Below are positions 36,644 to 50,618 of a DNA stretch of 64,000 nucleotides, piece by piece; positions within the stretch are counted from its first letter, which is position 1; each line of letters starts with the position of its first letter. The notes below the pieces were generated by a model. The model saw only the letters and a program-made list of their open reading frames with translations, ran no database searches and had not been told where the DNA came from. The position numbers and the translations under genes were made by a program. The stretch is from Podarcis pityusensis. Taxonomy: Eukaryota. The DNA is taken from assembly GCA_964106645.2 (NCBI GenBank), contig OZ067039.1. One strand, given 5' to 3'.

Positions 36644-39105
36644 CAGAAGGCATAGTTCTGTCCAGGTGAGTATGTCTAGGATTGCAGCTTGAGTATATTA
36701 ATTAGCCTTTTACTGTCAAATAAGCAACCAGAGGAAGAGGCAGAAACCGACTGCTTGTTTATCTTTTTTAAAAGTGCAGGAAAAAAATCAAGGCTTTATT
36801 GAATAGATGGTACACAACATTCTTGAACAATTAATTTCAAGTGACCCTTAAAAGTTGAATCATTTTTCCTCATTCAAGTCTACCAAATGAAGGAGGCGTA
36901 GTGACATAGCAAACAGACAAAAAAGGTAACATGGAGCAAAGCTTAAATATTAAGCAACTAAAGCAAAAGGGTGAAAAGCAATACATTACTTCTACCACTA
37001 CAATTTTTCCCTGACAATCATTTCAAAGTGAAAAACAAGGTGGCTGTAGTTTCTCAATTCTTCATGAGTAAGTACCAACTAGCCATTTTGTCCATTTTCC
37101 AACCTGGCTGTCTATTTTGCCCATAAACCTGTAGTTCTACCACTTCGTACAGTGTTATGGATGTAAATGGGCAGCGGTTGTGCTCTTGAAGGAGAAGGAA
37201 TAGGAGCACAGGCTAAAAGTAAGATGTCTATGCAGGCACTACTGGCTCCACCCATCATCAATCCAGATATGTACCCTTATTTGTACAGCCAACACCATTT
37301 TCCTGAGTCAAAACTATCATTTTGTGCCATGGTTACCTCCTAAGGTATGTGCACCTTCTCCAGTGAAGTCACCCAACCCTGCTTTTAAATAAAAAGGATG
37401 CTTATTTTTGTCTAACTACACTGCACTGACTCGCTGCAGTACCTTTTTACCTTGCCCAAATAAGCTTCTAATCTTGCTGGAAAATTGTAGAGTATACTTT
37501 ATTTCTCTTTTGCTTTGACTATTGTAGAAAGACTACTGCAAAGCAATTGCTTGTTGTCCTTTAAACATCCTCTCTAATTTCTTAAGAAAATGGTACAGTT
37601 GAACCTCTTAAAAAGGTGCTATGAACTGTTTTTATAAATAAAATTTTAAATGTTTTCACAGACATTTTTAGTAAATATTTAATATAGAATTGCATTGTAA
37701 TATACTAACTCATACATCTTTCCCATGTTTAGAATGCTATTTAAAAATATAAATCTGTCAAAGCCAAGGGAAAATCTTGTATAATTACAACATGCATGGA
37801 AATTATGAAGCCAAGACTTCAGCTTGTATTTGCTGGTATGGGTAACTTTGGAAAAGAGAGATATTTTGTTAATCTGTAGATGGTTACCTTAATGCCATAC
37901 AAGACTTAACTCTTGTGTAGATGGCATTGTCATAGTTTAAAAAGAACTTGATATTTGTACTTCATCAGATTGTGCATTCATTTTGACTTGTGTTTATTAA
38001 CCCATCAACCTTCCTGGGGAATCCTGATCTGCTGTTAATAAACTAAATGCAAGTTAAGGTTTTATACCTGGGTAATATGAAAAGCAGATTTTAATAGTGA
38101 GTGCAATCCTGTGGAAAACTAGGTTGAATTCCATTGAAATGTGGAACCATCTGGCAGTTAAATACTCAAGTCCTGCAGATAAGAGTTAAGACTTGTTTTA
38201 TTGGAGAGGGCTTGTAAACCAACTAACTTTAGAAATGCTAAAACCCCAATCTAACAGCGGGCTGTTATGAATAAGTTAGTCACAACCAAGTCAGGACTAA
38301 TTTAATGTGCAATATGTTCCTTCATTAGAAAGGAAACATGACTTTGGATACCAGTTACTACCCTATCTTAGCTGTAGCTGTCCTTTAGGGTGACTACTGC
38401 TAGAGAATCACAAGCACACAGACATTTGTGTATTGTCAGTGATTCCTGCATTTTACAGAATGATTTTCGTGGCCATCAAAGAAACATTTCCCACAACAGC
38501 AAAGATTTGCCATAATTATTCTAGAATTACAAGGAGTTCACTGTCGCTGCCCTTACCACCATCTCTAGGGGAAACCTTTGCCTCCAAACAGGACTGTCAG
38601 TACTTAACACCACAGCTGAATGTGGACGTGCTTCCAGAAATAGGTTACAGCTCTGCTAACACCTGCACCAAATATTAAAGTTTGTTAAGATGTGAAATAA
38701 CACACAGCAAGAACAAAAGTAAATGTTCAGAAGTTTACAGCCAACTTTCCAGAGGTCTTGACTCCACTGCTAGGGCCTATTCAGACTATCACATTTGAAG
38801 AGTAAGAGTACACTTTGTGATTCTTCATACTAGTAATTCAAGTGGTTCCTTGCAAGTTCATCTTGAACAGGCTCCTTGGCTCATGCCTTATTTATTGCAA
38901 AAAAAGTTTATAAAATATTTCTAACACTTCAAATTCCAAAGTAAATTTACAGTAAGTACAGATGCCCTGGAAAAGGGGTGTGGTGGTTTTTGTAAAAAGT
39001 TCTCTCCCAGTATACACTGCAATCTAGATTTCAGTTGTATATCATGCCTGGCCAGCTGACCTTCTTCATGGCAGTGTAGGGAGGTTCCATAAATACAGCA
39101 GGCGA

Positions 39106-39119
39106 TTAATGTCTCTGTG
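39106..39119 (-). CDS. PWWP2A: PWWP2A alternative terminal exon coding (A)QRH*; 3' UTR extends to AATAAA at 38896-38891
   Basis: Strong acceptor tttttcccctctccttttcag then CA CAG AGA CAT TAA; phase 1 matches the internal donor at 49654; recalled short human PWWP2A isoforms end in ...AQRH. Confidence 0.75.
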
Positions 39120-40598
39120 CTGAAAAGGAGAGGGGAAAAATTCTGAGTTAGCAGTGAATGCATAATTGCCCTTAAAAGACTTTAGAACAGTTAATATGTG
39201 GGGTTTTTTTTAATCAGACATAATCTTTAATGGGGAAAATAAGTAGTTGAGGAGAAAGTCTTAGCAAGCCCATACAGATAAATGTGATGGTTAACACACA
39301 GCAAGCCCGAAACAGTATATCAATTATTTTCAACATCATCCTTCCAAGAACCTTGTAATGTTGGTTACTATTATCCCCATAATGCATACTAGGGTCTGCC
39401 TTATCCAAGACCACCTTGTGAATTCATGGCACATCTGACTTCCTCATGCATACACAACAGTCTCTTAACCATATGCTACACCAGCTGATGTTTGTCAGGT
39501 TTATTACTGCCACAGTTTAAAAGTATACCCAAATGCCGCCTACTCCAACTCTCTCTACCTAAAGGCCACAAGTAGTGAGTAGAGCTAACATCTTCAAATG
39601 ACACAAGCAGGAGGTAGGGGAAAGGAAAACAAAGGGTTGCATTCATTCATCTCAGTGGGTGTTCTCTGCATAGGACTCGTGTCTATCAAGTTCAGTGGGT
39701 CTACTGCACATATAGCTTAGCTTTAGCTGGATACAACTCAATGACTTGAAAATACAGTGCTTTTGGAGAATTTTGCTCCAGGCAGGGCAGAGGACAAAAT
39801 GCTGGTGGGGTGGACAAGGATAGAAGCTAACATTAAATGGACAGCAGCATTTGCTTACTCAGCAGAGGCCTCTTCCACTAACCCATCTCTATGGGAAGGA
39901 TCAGACATTAGCACAAGACAGGTAAGCACAATCATGTTATATAGGGACACCCCCACACAATCATTTCTAACAGCAGAGAAAGCAGGGCTAGGGCAACACG
40001 GATGGGAGAAAATGTTGGCCACTGCCCATGAACCAAACTGGGTTGGGTCCCACAGGGGGCTTGTGTGATGGAAAGGCATTTCCATTTCCCCTGTATTTGA
40101 GACTTGCACTTTCTGTTACATGCACATGCTCTCCATCTCCCATCCTTCTACCACTCAGGAACAGATTTTTGAGGATTTGTGGAGAAAGGAGCTGGGAAGC
40201 TCTGCTGCTTGAGCAGAACTCCCATTTGTGAGTCTTGGGACCAAATCCAGTATTCCCAGTATCAAACTGCTCAAATGAAGAGCTCAGAAAAGAGGAAAGC
40301 TACTGCAGACCACAAACGTGCTAGGAAAACACCATCTGTAACAGACTTATATTTTTAATTACTTGCGCCAGAAACTGCTTGGAATGTTTCCATGTTGTCT
40401 CCATAACACTATCGCTCCTGAGGTGTCCCATCCTAGTCTTGGAACAGGGCTATTAGTAGCCCTTTGCTCTTTTAAAATGTGTTGGGACGGGTTATTGGGT
40501 TGTTGTTTTCATTTTGATTATGTATTTTGTGGTTTTATATTCTGATTTTATTCTGTGAACCACCCTTAGATCTGCAAGTATATGATGGTATAGTAGTA

Positions 40599-40599
<1 letters not shown>

Positions 40600-40630
<31 letters not shown>
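40600..40630. repeat. (TAA)n tail of a degenerate LINE 3' end (~40440-40630); a similar one lies at 45300-45503
   Basis: Trinucleotide repeat preceded by an L2-like 3' UTR (GTGAACCACCC..AGA..GGTATA). Confidence 0.6.
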
Positions 40631-43600
40631 TCTAGAAAAACCACGGAGACCCGTGCCTTGGACTTGTGCAACATAAAGAGAAGATTCCCATAACACGCTG
40701 CATTCAGTGAGGCACAGCTAATGAGCTACCAAGCTACAACACCACTATCAGCCAAGGAAGGGTGGGCTGGAAACAAACAACTGAAAGGCAGGTTCCTGAG
40801 AATCTTATCTTGGGGGGACAATGGGCATGAGCACTCCATGCAGGGAACTGTCAAGAGCAAAGACAGTATATTCTAGGGATCCTTCAGCAGCTGTTATCAC
40901 TGCATGCATGCCACCACCATGCTGCTCAATGTGGGAAAAACAGCTATGTTTACTTTGCTCCCCATTAGCCACAGACTCAAGGACTCCTATACTTTTTATG
41001 CACTCTGTCTTGCCCCCTGCAAAAGGAGGTCAGGCTCAGGGATCAGGTGTGGAACCAAGAGTAGAGCTCCGAATGACATGAAGTATCACAAATTCAGGCA
41101 GAGGTTCTTCGTACCTTCTGGAAGCACCACAGCTCCAAGGGACTGAAGCCATGAAAATGAGGAAAACCTAGGCTGCAAACACAGAGGGTGTTAGAAGACC
41201 AGCCCATAAGACAATATACCTAAGAATCCAGCAAGATACCCTCCACAGCAAATAGTGGTGAAATGACAGGATGCTGATGAGCAATGAGTAGACGGTTCGG
41301 GGCATCCAATCACAATTTTTAGTACCCACCTTTGGGGTTTCTTGTACTATCTACCATTCGATTCATGGATACCAACACCATCTTTTAAGGAGCTCAGTTG
41401 TGACTGACTGAAAGGAATCCCATTTGACGGTTTAAATTTCCCAGCCTCAAACTATAGTTCACCCATGAAGCTCCCAAACTGGGAATATTTTTAAAAGACA
41501 GCAGGAGCTAAAACTTTCTTGTTCTTGTGTATGTTTAACAGCATACAGGTCTACTCATAAGTATATTCCACTGAATTCAATGGGGCTTGTTCTGAGGAAA
41601 GTGGGTACAGGACTGCTGCCTTAGTTTAAGAAGTTACGTGGAACGTATTTATAATCCTGTCAGCAAACTTCCCTTACAAGAAACAAATGTACAACCAATT
41701 ACTCACTTCCCCTACTTGGGATTTTCTTGTTCACGATACAAAACAGACCCACGGATATCCAAAAAGCAACAGTAAAACATCAAGAATATCAGCTAACAGT
41801 CCTTTGGTAAGAAACAGAGCTAACATGATCCAACTCAGTGACTGGATCTTTAGACATTTTTATTTGGTGAAAAGTAACAAGAAAGATGTCAGAAGATCCA
41901 GTTCGTGAAGATAGAAAAAACACAGCTTAATTATAATGCCTGGCACAACCCAGCAAATGTTAGTCACAACTAAATCTTATTGAAATCTATGTGGCATTAA
42001 CTGTAATTAATTGTTTTCAATAGGACTTGGCCGTGCAACATATTTCTGCTGAATTATACCCATTATCCAATAAGTGACAGCTGTTTCAGCAGATCAAGGG
42101 CAGGTGAGAATGGTTTCTCTTGAAAAGCAGCTCCCTGTCATCCCATGTCGCATGGCCAAACAGCATTTCAACTTACCTTTCAGAGCAATTTAATATGGCA
42201 CGGGAAGCTACTGTTGAAACAATGAAAGCTGAAAATCCCACTGGGCATGAGCTCTTGAAAATCCTACCAGGTAGCTCTTTGAGTCCTAGCAATTTATTGA
42301 CCACTTATTTCACCATTTGTTTATCACTCCCTCTAAGAGCCAACTCATGTGATGAGTGCTGACAGAGCTGCAGCCAAAACAGAACCTTTGACAAATGAGG
42401 AGGTATTGACTGACGTGCTTGGGGGAAATGCCGAGGTTTCCAAAAGTACAGAAAACCTTTTAAACGCACACATGGTGTAAAAACAAACAACATAATGAGG
42501 TTTGAGCATGCTCAGTAGCCAAGGAATGTTAAGTGTCAGCTGTAAAAGAAAAATGGAAAACTAGAGGAAGGGTGTGGACATGTGGGAATTAATAAAAGAA
42601 TCCACAGGCCAAAAGCATATCAAAGTCACCAGAACTTGAGTTCCAGAACGAAAAGGGAAGGATGAACCAAACGGAATCCATTAGGTTTGTAATTATCTGA
42701 TAATACAAAGTTGATGGGTTTGAGAAAATAAGCTGCAGAACAGAGATGGGGAACCAGTGGCCCTCCAACGGTTGTGGTCCTCTCAACTCACATCAGCTCT
42801 GGTCAGCATAACCAATGGTCAATGGGAGTCCTGCAGCACTGGGAAGGCTATGTTTCCCATCCCTGCTGCAAAGTGAGGCTAGCTTTCACCCTGCATAGCT
42901 AGCTATACATGGAGGATGCCTAGAAGGACACGCAGGCAACATACTTACAACTACTTTCTTATAAACGTTTGTATTGAAAGCAGCTATGAAAATATATGTA
43001 AATCCCTGGTGCTTTCTTCTTTTGAACAGTGGTTTTTATCTATTTTTTGAAAATACATTTTAAAGTATTTTAATACTTTTATTAATTTCTTTTAAAGCTA
43101 CAAATTTAAATCTTAAAATATATTTATTACAATTGCTTTCCATGTTACTCTTATCACTGCTGTACACAATACCCTTGAATATAAAAGGAAACGTTTTTCA
43201 AGTCTGATGTCAAAGCACCATGAAACTTGAAAACCAAAAACCACATAGGGAAAAGATACTTGATTTTAATTTTTCTAACTAGTGTTGCAAGTCTAGTCCT
43301 CCTTATTATTGTTCGATTTGACGGACATTGTTTTTTTCATCATCTCTGTAATCTCCACGTATAAAGTTATAAACTGAAACCAAGCAAAATGGATGTTTTC
43401 ATATTATACAGCGCCTGCTTTGCAATTCAGTAAATGTATCACCTGAAGAGTCTTTGTGAGCAAATAAGCCATATCAATTCTGATACGGTAATATATAACT
43501 ACACTGAATAAAAGCTGAGGTATGAACCAGCCCATGAAATCAATATGCAAGACGTGAACACTAGCAAAATATACTATCAGCATCTATCATTGGAATTTGC

Positions 43601-43759
43601 TTACCATGGACTAGTGGTGGATGGGATGTATGGGCAGAGAATGATGTATTCTTCAAGACCCCTGAGGGATGCAGTGCTCTGTGCAACAAACACACATTTC
43701 AACCTCCTGCAGGATCCCTCTATGTGATGGACAGAGCACCCAGTCTCAAGGATGGAGAT

Positions 43760-44195
43760 TAGGGGGAAGTTTGTAGGTGACATCAAACTGGCAGGAGTAG
43801 CCAGTGCCACTGATGACAGAATTGGGATTCAAGATGACCTAAACAGATTGCAGAGCTGAGCCAAAGCTAATAAAATGAATTTCAATAGGGACAAATGTAA
43901 GGTTCTACACTTAGGCTAGAAGAACCACCTGAACAAACAGAAGATGGGGAATACCTGGATTGCCAGTAGTACATGTAGAAAAGGATCCAGGGATCTTAGT
44001 AGTGCATAAGATGCAAAAGAAAGAAAGAAGCTTATGCTATTGTAGGCTGTCACCAGGAGTGAAGTGTCCCAATCAGGGAAGTTATAGTGCCACCCTATTC
44101 TGCCTTGGCCAGACCATACCATCCCTGGAGTACTGTGTCCAGTTCTGGGCACCACAGTTTAAGGATATGGACAAGCTGAAATGTGTGCAGGAGGG
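43760..44195 (+). mobile_element. CR1 LINE reverse-transcriptase fragment (degenerate)
   Basis: Translates to KF.GDIKL.G..IQDDLNRL..N.MNFNRDKCKVLHLG and LEYCVQFWAPQFK, typical CR1 ORF2 motifs, with stops/frameshifts. Confidence 0.85.
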
Positions 44196-47100
44196 CCAAG
44201 GACCCTTCTGGTACAAGAGAGGAAGAGTCCGGTTGTGAGGTTAGAGTCTGCCCTAAGTCACCAGTGGAGGAGCATGTGTGAATTCAGCTCAAACAGCTGC
44301 AGCAACCCTTCCTGTGCTACATAAATATTTTTTGCCTAGTGGCTTCTTGCCCACCTGCCTGTAGCCTAGCCTTCCCCAACCTGCTACCTCCCCCCCAAGA
44401 TGTTTTGGACTACAACTCCCATTAGCCCCAGCCAGCACAGCCAAGGCTTATGTAGATTATTTTGCAATACATAACGTTCTTTTCACTGCCTTGAGCTTGG
44501 AAGTAGCAGAGATTTCTCACTTCCTTGAAACTATGGTATATCCTTTAAAGTACTGCCCGTCTCTCTCAAACACATGCACTTGGCTCATTACCAGACTGCA
44601 GGGGGACTTGTCTCAGAACAGAGCAACGCATACTAGAAGGATGATAAAATAACATGCTACTCGGTCCTTGTTTAAAATGTTTCTGTGGGCAGATTCACTG
44701 GATGCAATCCACTGGGGCATGCACCTATGTTCCATGTATGCATCTCATTTTAACTGTTCATTCTGAATTTCCCGTGCTGGTCATGCAGAAAGAATCATTT
44801 ACTTAGACCTTAGCACATGCTACTAATAGTGCTAGATCTGAATAGTGCTAAGATGTGCTGCAGCAACACAATACAACATAGATAAGACTGAAAAAGGTGT
44901 CAGCAATTAAGACTAACATTTCATTATAGCAAAAGCCTTTGTGAACTTGGAACTTTTGCCCAGGAAAGCTTTTGACATAATGCATTTGTAGCACCTTCAA
45001 GACTGCTGTTTTTGCAACGACAGACTAACACTGCACTTATTAAAAATTACAAGTGGCAAGTCCTATCTTAAAGAGGCATTTCCTTTTATGCAAGAAAGAG
45101 GGTCATGGCTATTCTAAGACTACTCTTGCTACAAAGAATGCATTTTCTAAAGCAAAATTATCACGACAGCCATTCTGAAATCCTAACTGCAGTTCAACAC
45201 AGGTCGGTGTATTTGATTACCATGGAAATGAGAGCACACAACTTGTGCAGGGCTATAACAATGGAAACAGATTAGGTAGAACATGTTAGTAAGGCATGAC
45301 GGTTTACTAGCTTTTTATTTGGAATTGGTTTGCTTGTGGAAATAAGTCATCTGTTCTTTCACCAATTTCATTCCACGGCAGGATAAAATTTATACCATCG
45401 TTTTCCTTTGAGGTATGAAGCATTGAAAGTAATGCCCTGAGACCCCCGGGTATAGGGGGGTATATTATTATTATTATTTATTATTAATTATTATTATTAT
45501 TATTAACCAACAGGGATGTATTCAACTAAATTATTGTGCTTACCTAATTTCCCTTACCTCCCTAGGACTACTCCTGTGCATCTACCAAATTTGCTCTGGA
45601 GTTCCCCTCAACCCTTCAGAGACCATCTGGAGGGGAGAGTTTTGTTATGCTTGCAGAAGTTCTGTGCATACAATTGTTTAATTGGATGCAATTCATGATG
45701 ATTTTAAATGAAGTTTTAAGGCAACTCAGGGTTAGCTACATGCACCAGGGCATTCTCGGTGTCTTTCACTGAAGAGACAGCTGGTTGAAGTGGAATAATA
45801 AACTATTTGAAAGAAAATATACGAAACCTAGGTGTTTGGTGAAAACCTTTGCCTAAAGTTTGACAAACAATTTGTGTATTCTGTCCAAAATTCAACAGCT
45901 TGGATACAAACATCCTGCTCACGTAGGCTGGGTGTGTCACCAATTTCCATCAAACCCTCATCATCCACCCCTCACCTTCCCACAAAAAACCTATACCGGT
46001 GGGTTCAGTAATCCCAAGTCATTTATTTTGGAGAAGGACACAGGAAAGTGCAGATGGATGAGTCAGCAAATGCACCCCCACAGCACTAGAAGTGCTTCCT
46101 GCTCAGGCAGAAGGCCCTGGAATCTAAGCCAATATTTGCTTTGTAGTTTAGTGCCTCTTGAACAGCCGCTTTTGCCTCCAAGCCTGGATACAACATCCAA
46201 AATTTCTTGAATGCCTTGCAGCTAATGGATTATATCATGACATCTCCATGCTTTGAACTGAAAAATCAAACTGCAGTAAGGCTCTACACAGAAATGAACG
46301 ACATTAAGTCATTGCCTGTGACATCAAAATGTCACTAAGGAACTCCAAAATTAAAGAGATAAAAAAAAATCAAACAAGTATTTTCAAAAGGGAAGCAAAG
46401 AGAAGATTTCTCATCAAGGCAAGCAGAGAATAGTAGTAATTAAATTTAAAGTGAGAGTAATTTCTACTCAACACTTTTAATGTCATGTATGGCATGCCTG
46501 ATTGCAAACTATGGCCTGAGTAGGGAACAGAACTGTTCCACAGTGTTGTAAAAAGCATGATTTTGAAGACAAGACTCAATTATATTTATTTCAAACTGGA
46601 GCAAAGGCTCCAGAATCAAATTATACTCTTGGTAGAATTCAAATGTAGAAGACTGTCTATTCAAAATGGCAAAACCCTAGAAGACGTGCCCAATCAAGCA
46701 CTCATCACAGGCTCCCTTGAAGGTAGGGTCATGAATTAGGAAATCAGCAGGTACACTCAGGTATACCTATCAATCTCATAATGTGTACACTAGCCCCAAG
46801 CTGAGCTTTTAACTTTGCAGAAAGCACTGAAAGTTGTCTGTTTCATTGCGAATTTTTGTTTTTAAAAACCTTAGGCACAGCCTGCCTGAAAAAAACAAAA
46901 CAAAATAGTTCAACACTGCATTTGTTTCTGTTTGCAGGAAAGAGAATACTGTACACAGCACAGGAGTGAAACAGAATTGCATGCTATTAATGTTGTGTGT
47001 TTTGTAATTTCAAAAAGCATTGACAGACTGAATGCAAGTTTATTTGTCTACACGTTTAGAAATTTATGCTTATCTAGTGTTATATCAAGGAAGGATGAAA

Positions 47101-47802
47101 ACTATTTGGAGCCGATTTCAAGCCCACGTACAAAGCATCAGAGATACCAGATTTAAAGTAAAATGTTTGGGAATAAAATGAAGTTTGAGTATTATGAAAA
47201 AGCATACCTTAGAATCAAACTGTCACAACAGAGCCTTTGGTCATTAATTCTTTGAGATTTAATACACACAATTAATTTAGCTTCAAGCTTTTTTCCCTTT
47301 TTCCTAAATGCCTACTCCTAAAATTGTAATGTGTTTTGGGGGAGAATGAAATTAAGCACCTTTTACGACATTGCAAACTTAAACCAAGTACAAATTATAC
47401 GAGTCCATTAGAAAGTGTAATGTCTAAGTGAATCAACTGCATAAAAAGGTCCAATGCAGAGCATCAGACCTGCAGAAGATCTAGGAGCAAATGGACATGA
47501 GGGATAAAGTAACATAAAATGGTGGGGGGAAATAATTACACTGGAAAGGCGTGTGGTTTTTTAAAGCACTGACAAGGATTTGCTATGGGGAAATAAATAG
47601 CTGAATAATTTGCCAAAATTAGAACCTTATTTATATTTTCAACACCAATGTTATTTTGATACGCAGTTAGTGATACTAATTTAGAGAGTGTCGAGCAAGA
47701 AAATTATTTCCTAAATATTGTGTAAACAGAAAACAGTCCTGTTTCCTGATTTTATTTCAAAGCTTTTTGAGAAACACACACAAATAATTAGATTTAGTCA
47801 AT

Positions 47803-47808
47803 TTTATT
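47803..47808 (-). terminator. PWWP2A: Candidate polyadenylation signal of the long PWWP2A isoform
   Basis: Minus-strand AATAAA ~1.1 kb after the stop at 48932, ending an AT-rich UTR-like stretch. Confidence 0.45.
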
Positions 47809-48931
47809 TACAGTTTTTTTGTACATTTCAGAGCATTACACAATTACATTTTCCATATTTTCTGACCTGCAAACAGATACCTTAAATGGAAATAGTTTAA
47901 AAAAAATATGCCGCTCGGTACATCCAAATGCAATAATTACACATCTGACAGTTCACAAAGTGTAATTTACTAGGACGCATCCTAAGAATTTAAGAACAAG
48001 TAGTCAGGGGGGAGAAATCTGACCAATTATTTATACAACACAAACTCTCTCAAGCTAAACCCTCAAGACAAATGTCCTAGGAGCATCCCACCCCACCCTC
48101 CTTGGAAGTTATGATTCACACCTATGCAGCATTAATAGCCTCTGATCCCAAATGCTGGGGTACTATCCAGACCCGCCTATGAGCAACTGGCTTTCTCTTA
48201 ACTTGCCAAAACCTGAAGTTCATGCTGCTGTCCCTGGGTGCATAGCATAACTAAGCATTTGGGAAAAGGTGACCAACAAGACCTAGCTAACAAATGATAA
48301 AACCTTTCTAACTGAATTCAGATTAAAATTGGTTTCAAAAAGGATTTAAAGTGGCCAGTGAGAAAGTGTTTTTAGGCAAAGGCTGAACTCTTTGGGCCCA
48401 TCACACTATTGTAAATTAGGTTTTCTGGGCAGGGGACGGGGAAGGGGAAACACTGAAATCAAGTTTGAGGCTCAGAGAGGGCCTAGGGTTCTGCATTTAA
48501 GGTGGACCATACAAGTCATGTTTAAAACTTCCATTTCATTTGTTCCCTCCCCCCTCCCCCCACATACACTGAAATGGTATATATAGTGGGTAGAAACTAG
48601 TAAAAATTCCCTGCAAATAAACTGCTCTTCAGCTGAGGTTATGGCTCCTGTGCATGGGGTGGTCAGAGGAATTTTTTACTTTTACCAAAAAAATGTAAGA
48701 GTCCTCTTGAAAAATACTGAGATCTCGCTTTAGGTTAATTTGATTGCATGTACAATTTGTTAAGTATAACTTTCAGTCAAGACATTGCTACAAATGGAAA
48801 TTTCAGTATATAAAAAAAGCAGCCAACTGAGTGCAATTTTTGTGTTTAATTGGCTAAGTCCTTCATAGCATTTAACTAGGCTAGACATTTCAAGGAGCCT
48901 CCACATTTCTTGCCTACCTTACTTCTCATGT

Positions 48932-50618
48932 TCATGTTTCAAACTGTGTCAGCAGGGCCCGAACTTCAGGAGTTAGCTGCTTAGCAGCCTTGGCTGCTTC
49001 TGTAATGGCCTTGCGGTAAAGACCTTTTCTCTTCTTATTAAATCGCGACTGAAAGTTTTCTAAAAAAGGGGAGAGCTGTGAAAGAGCAAGGAAAGATGTT
49101 GTTGGGGACCCAAACCATGAAATACGAGCTTCCTGTCGGACTAAGAGGCCGTTATCTTTTCGGCTCACAGTTATAGAAAGAATACGGGCTGGCCACCATG
49201 GGAAGCCATATATCTTGGCCCAAACAATGTCTCCTACACATATGGTCCTGCCATCTGGTGTGACACATTTANNNNNNNNNNNNNNNNNNNNNNNNNNNNN
49301 NNNNNNNNNNNNNNNNNNNNNNNNNNNNNNNNNNNNNNNNNNNNNNNNNNNNNNNNNNNNNNNNNNNNNNNNNNNNNNNNNNNNNNNNNNNNNNNNNNNN
49401 NNNNNNNNNNNNNNAGAGTTGGTGGACTTCAAGTCATCTGTGCTATCACTACTACACACTGATGCACTGGAAGAGTCAGATTTCTTTTTATTAAGGGTCA
49501 TGTAAACCGTTATATTGCTTTTGCTGCCTCTCTTGCCCAGTGTCTGCTGTTCATCCTGATCAACAGGTACATGCACTTCATTTGTGTCCTGAACCTCACT
49601 GCTGGCCTCTTCAGGGCCTTCTGAGGGGCTCTGATTTTCTGAAGGGGCCTCACCTGCTGAGCGGGTAGAGGAGCAGCGAGACTGAGGCTTAGCTGCCATC
49701 TTGCCACTCTGCAATTTCTCAAGCCCTGTCTTGAGAGAGGAGTCGTTTTCTTCATTTCGGTACCTTTGTGGCTTTAGACGCAATCGTGGGGGCAGGGAAC
49801 CTGAGCTGGTGTTTTGAAGACGCCGTGTGAAGTGGACCTTTGAATGTGCATTTTTGGAAGTAGAGGTTGCACTCTGTTTCTTTTGTGCCTTCTCTTTGGC
49901 TATTTTCAAAACTTCCCGAGCTTTTGCATGATCCATGTTTTTGCTCTGGAGAACCTTTTTAGTATTTAACTGCGTTTTTGAAGTATTTGCTTGAGTGGTA
50001 ACTTTGACTACTCTACTTCTGCTATGAGCAATATTTGCAACTTTGACCACGGAATTCCTTTTCTGGCTTTCATTTTGGCTTTTCCCATCAACTTTATGAT
50101 CAGTTTTAATTTTTTTATTCACAGTAGTTACGCTCTCATGTCTTCGCTTTCTATTATCCTCATACCTTGAGGAATCACTTGTACTGCTGCCCTTCTTAAT
50201 TTCTTTCTTTTCTGCAACAATACTGTTCTTACACTTGTCACACAAGACCTGTCTGGGTCGTAGTTTGATAGCATTCATAATAGAAGTGGGTTCCTCCCTG
50301 TACATTTTCCGCTTGGGCCGTTTAATTTTCCGAGGCGGAGGCTGAGGTATTGACTGGTTATATGTGTCCCTGATAAACAAAGGAGGAGGATATGGTGCTC
50401 CCTCGTGAAAAAGGGGAGGTGGCTTGGAAGTCCATAGGCTTTTAGCCAGGCTAGGCTCTGATGGCTGGATGGGAGAAGAGTCTGTGACTACACCATTGGC
50501 TTCACACTTCACTTGGGTCTCATCTTGGAATGATTTACTTTGGAGCTCCATCGCTTCAGGATTATCCTTGTACTCCCTTTTGGGAAATATGGTCACAGGG
50601 ATTCCGTGCGGTCCAAAC
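48932..50618 (-). CDS. PWWP2A: PWWP2A exon 2 (long isoform, includes C-terminal PWWP domain)
   Basis: Acceptor ctctcattaag; R-FGPHGIPVTIFPKREYKD...; PWWP domain VGDIVWAKIYGFPWWPARI...ALLTQFET*; phase matches exon 1. The ORF-track residues before FGPHG are intronic. Confidence 0.95.
49272..49414. other. Run of 143 N (assembly gap or masked sequence) inside the PWWP2A CDS
   Basis: Direct observation; the reading frame is preserved across it. Confidence 0.95.
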
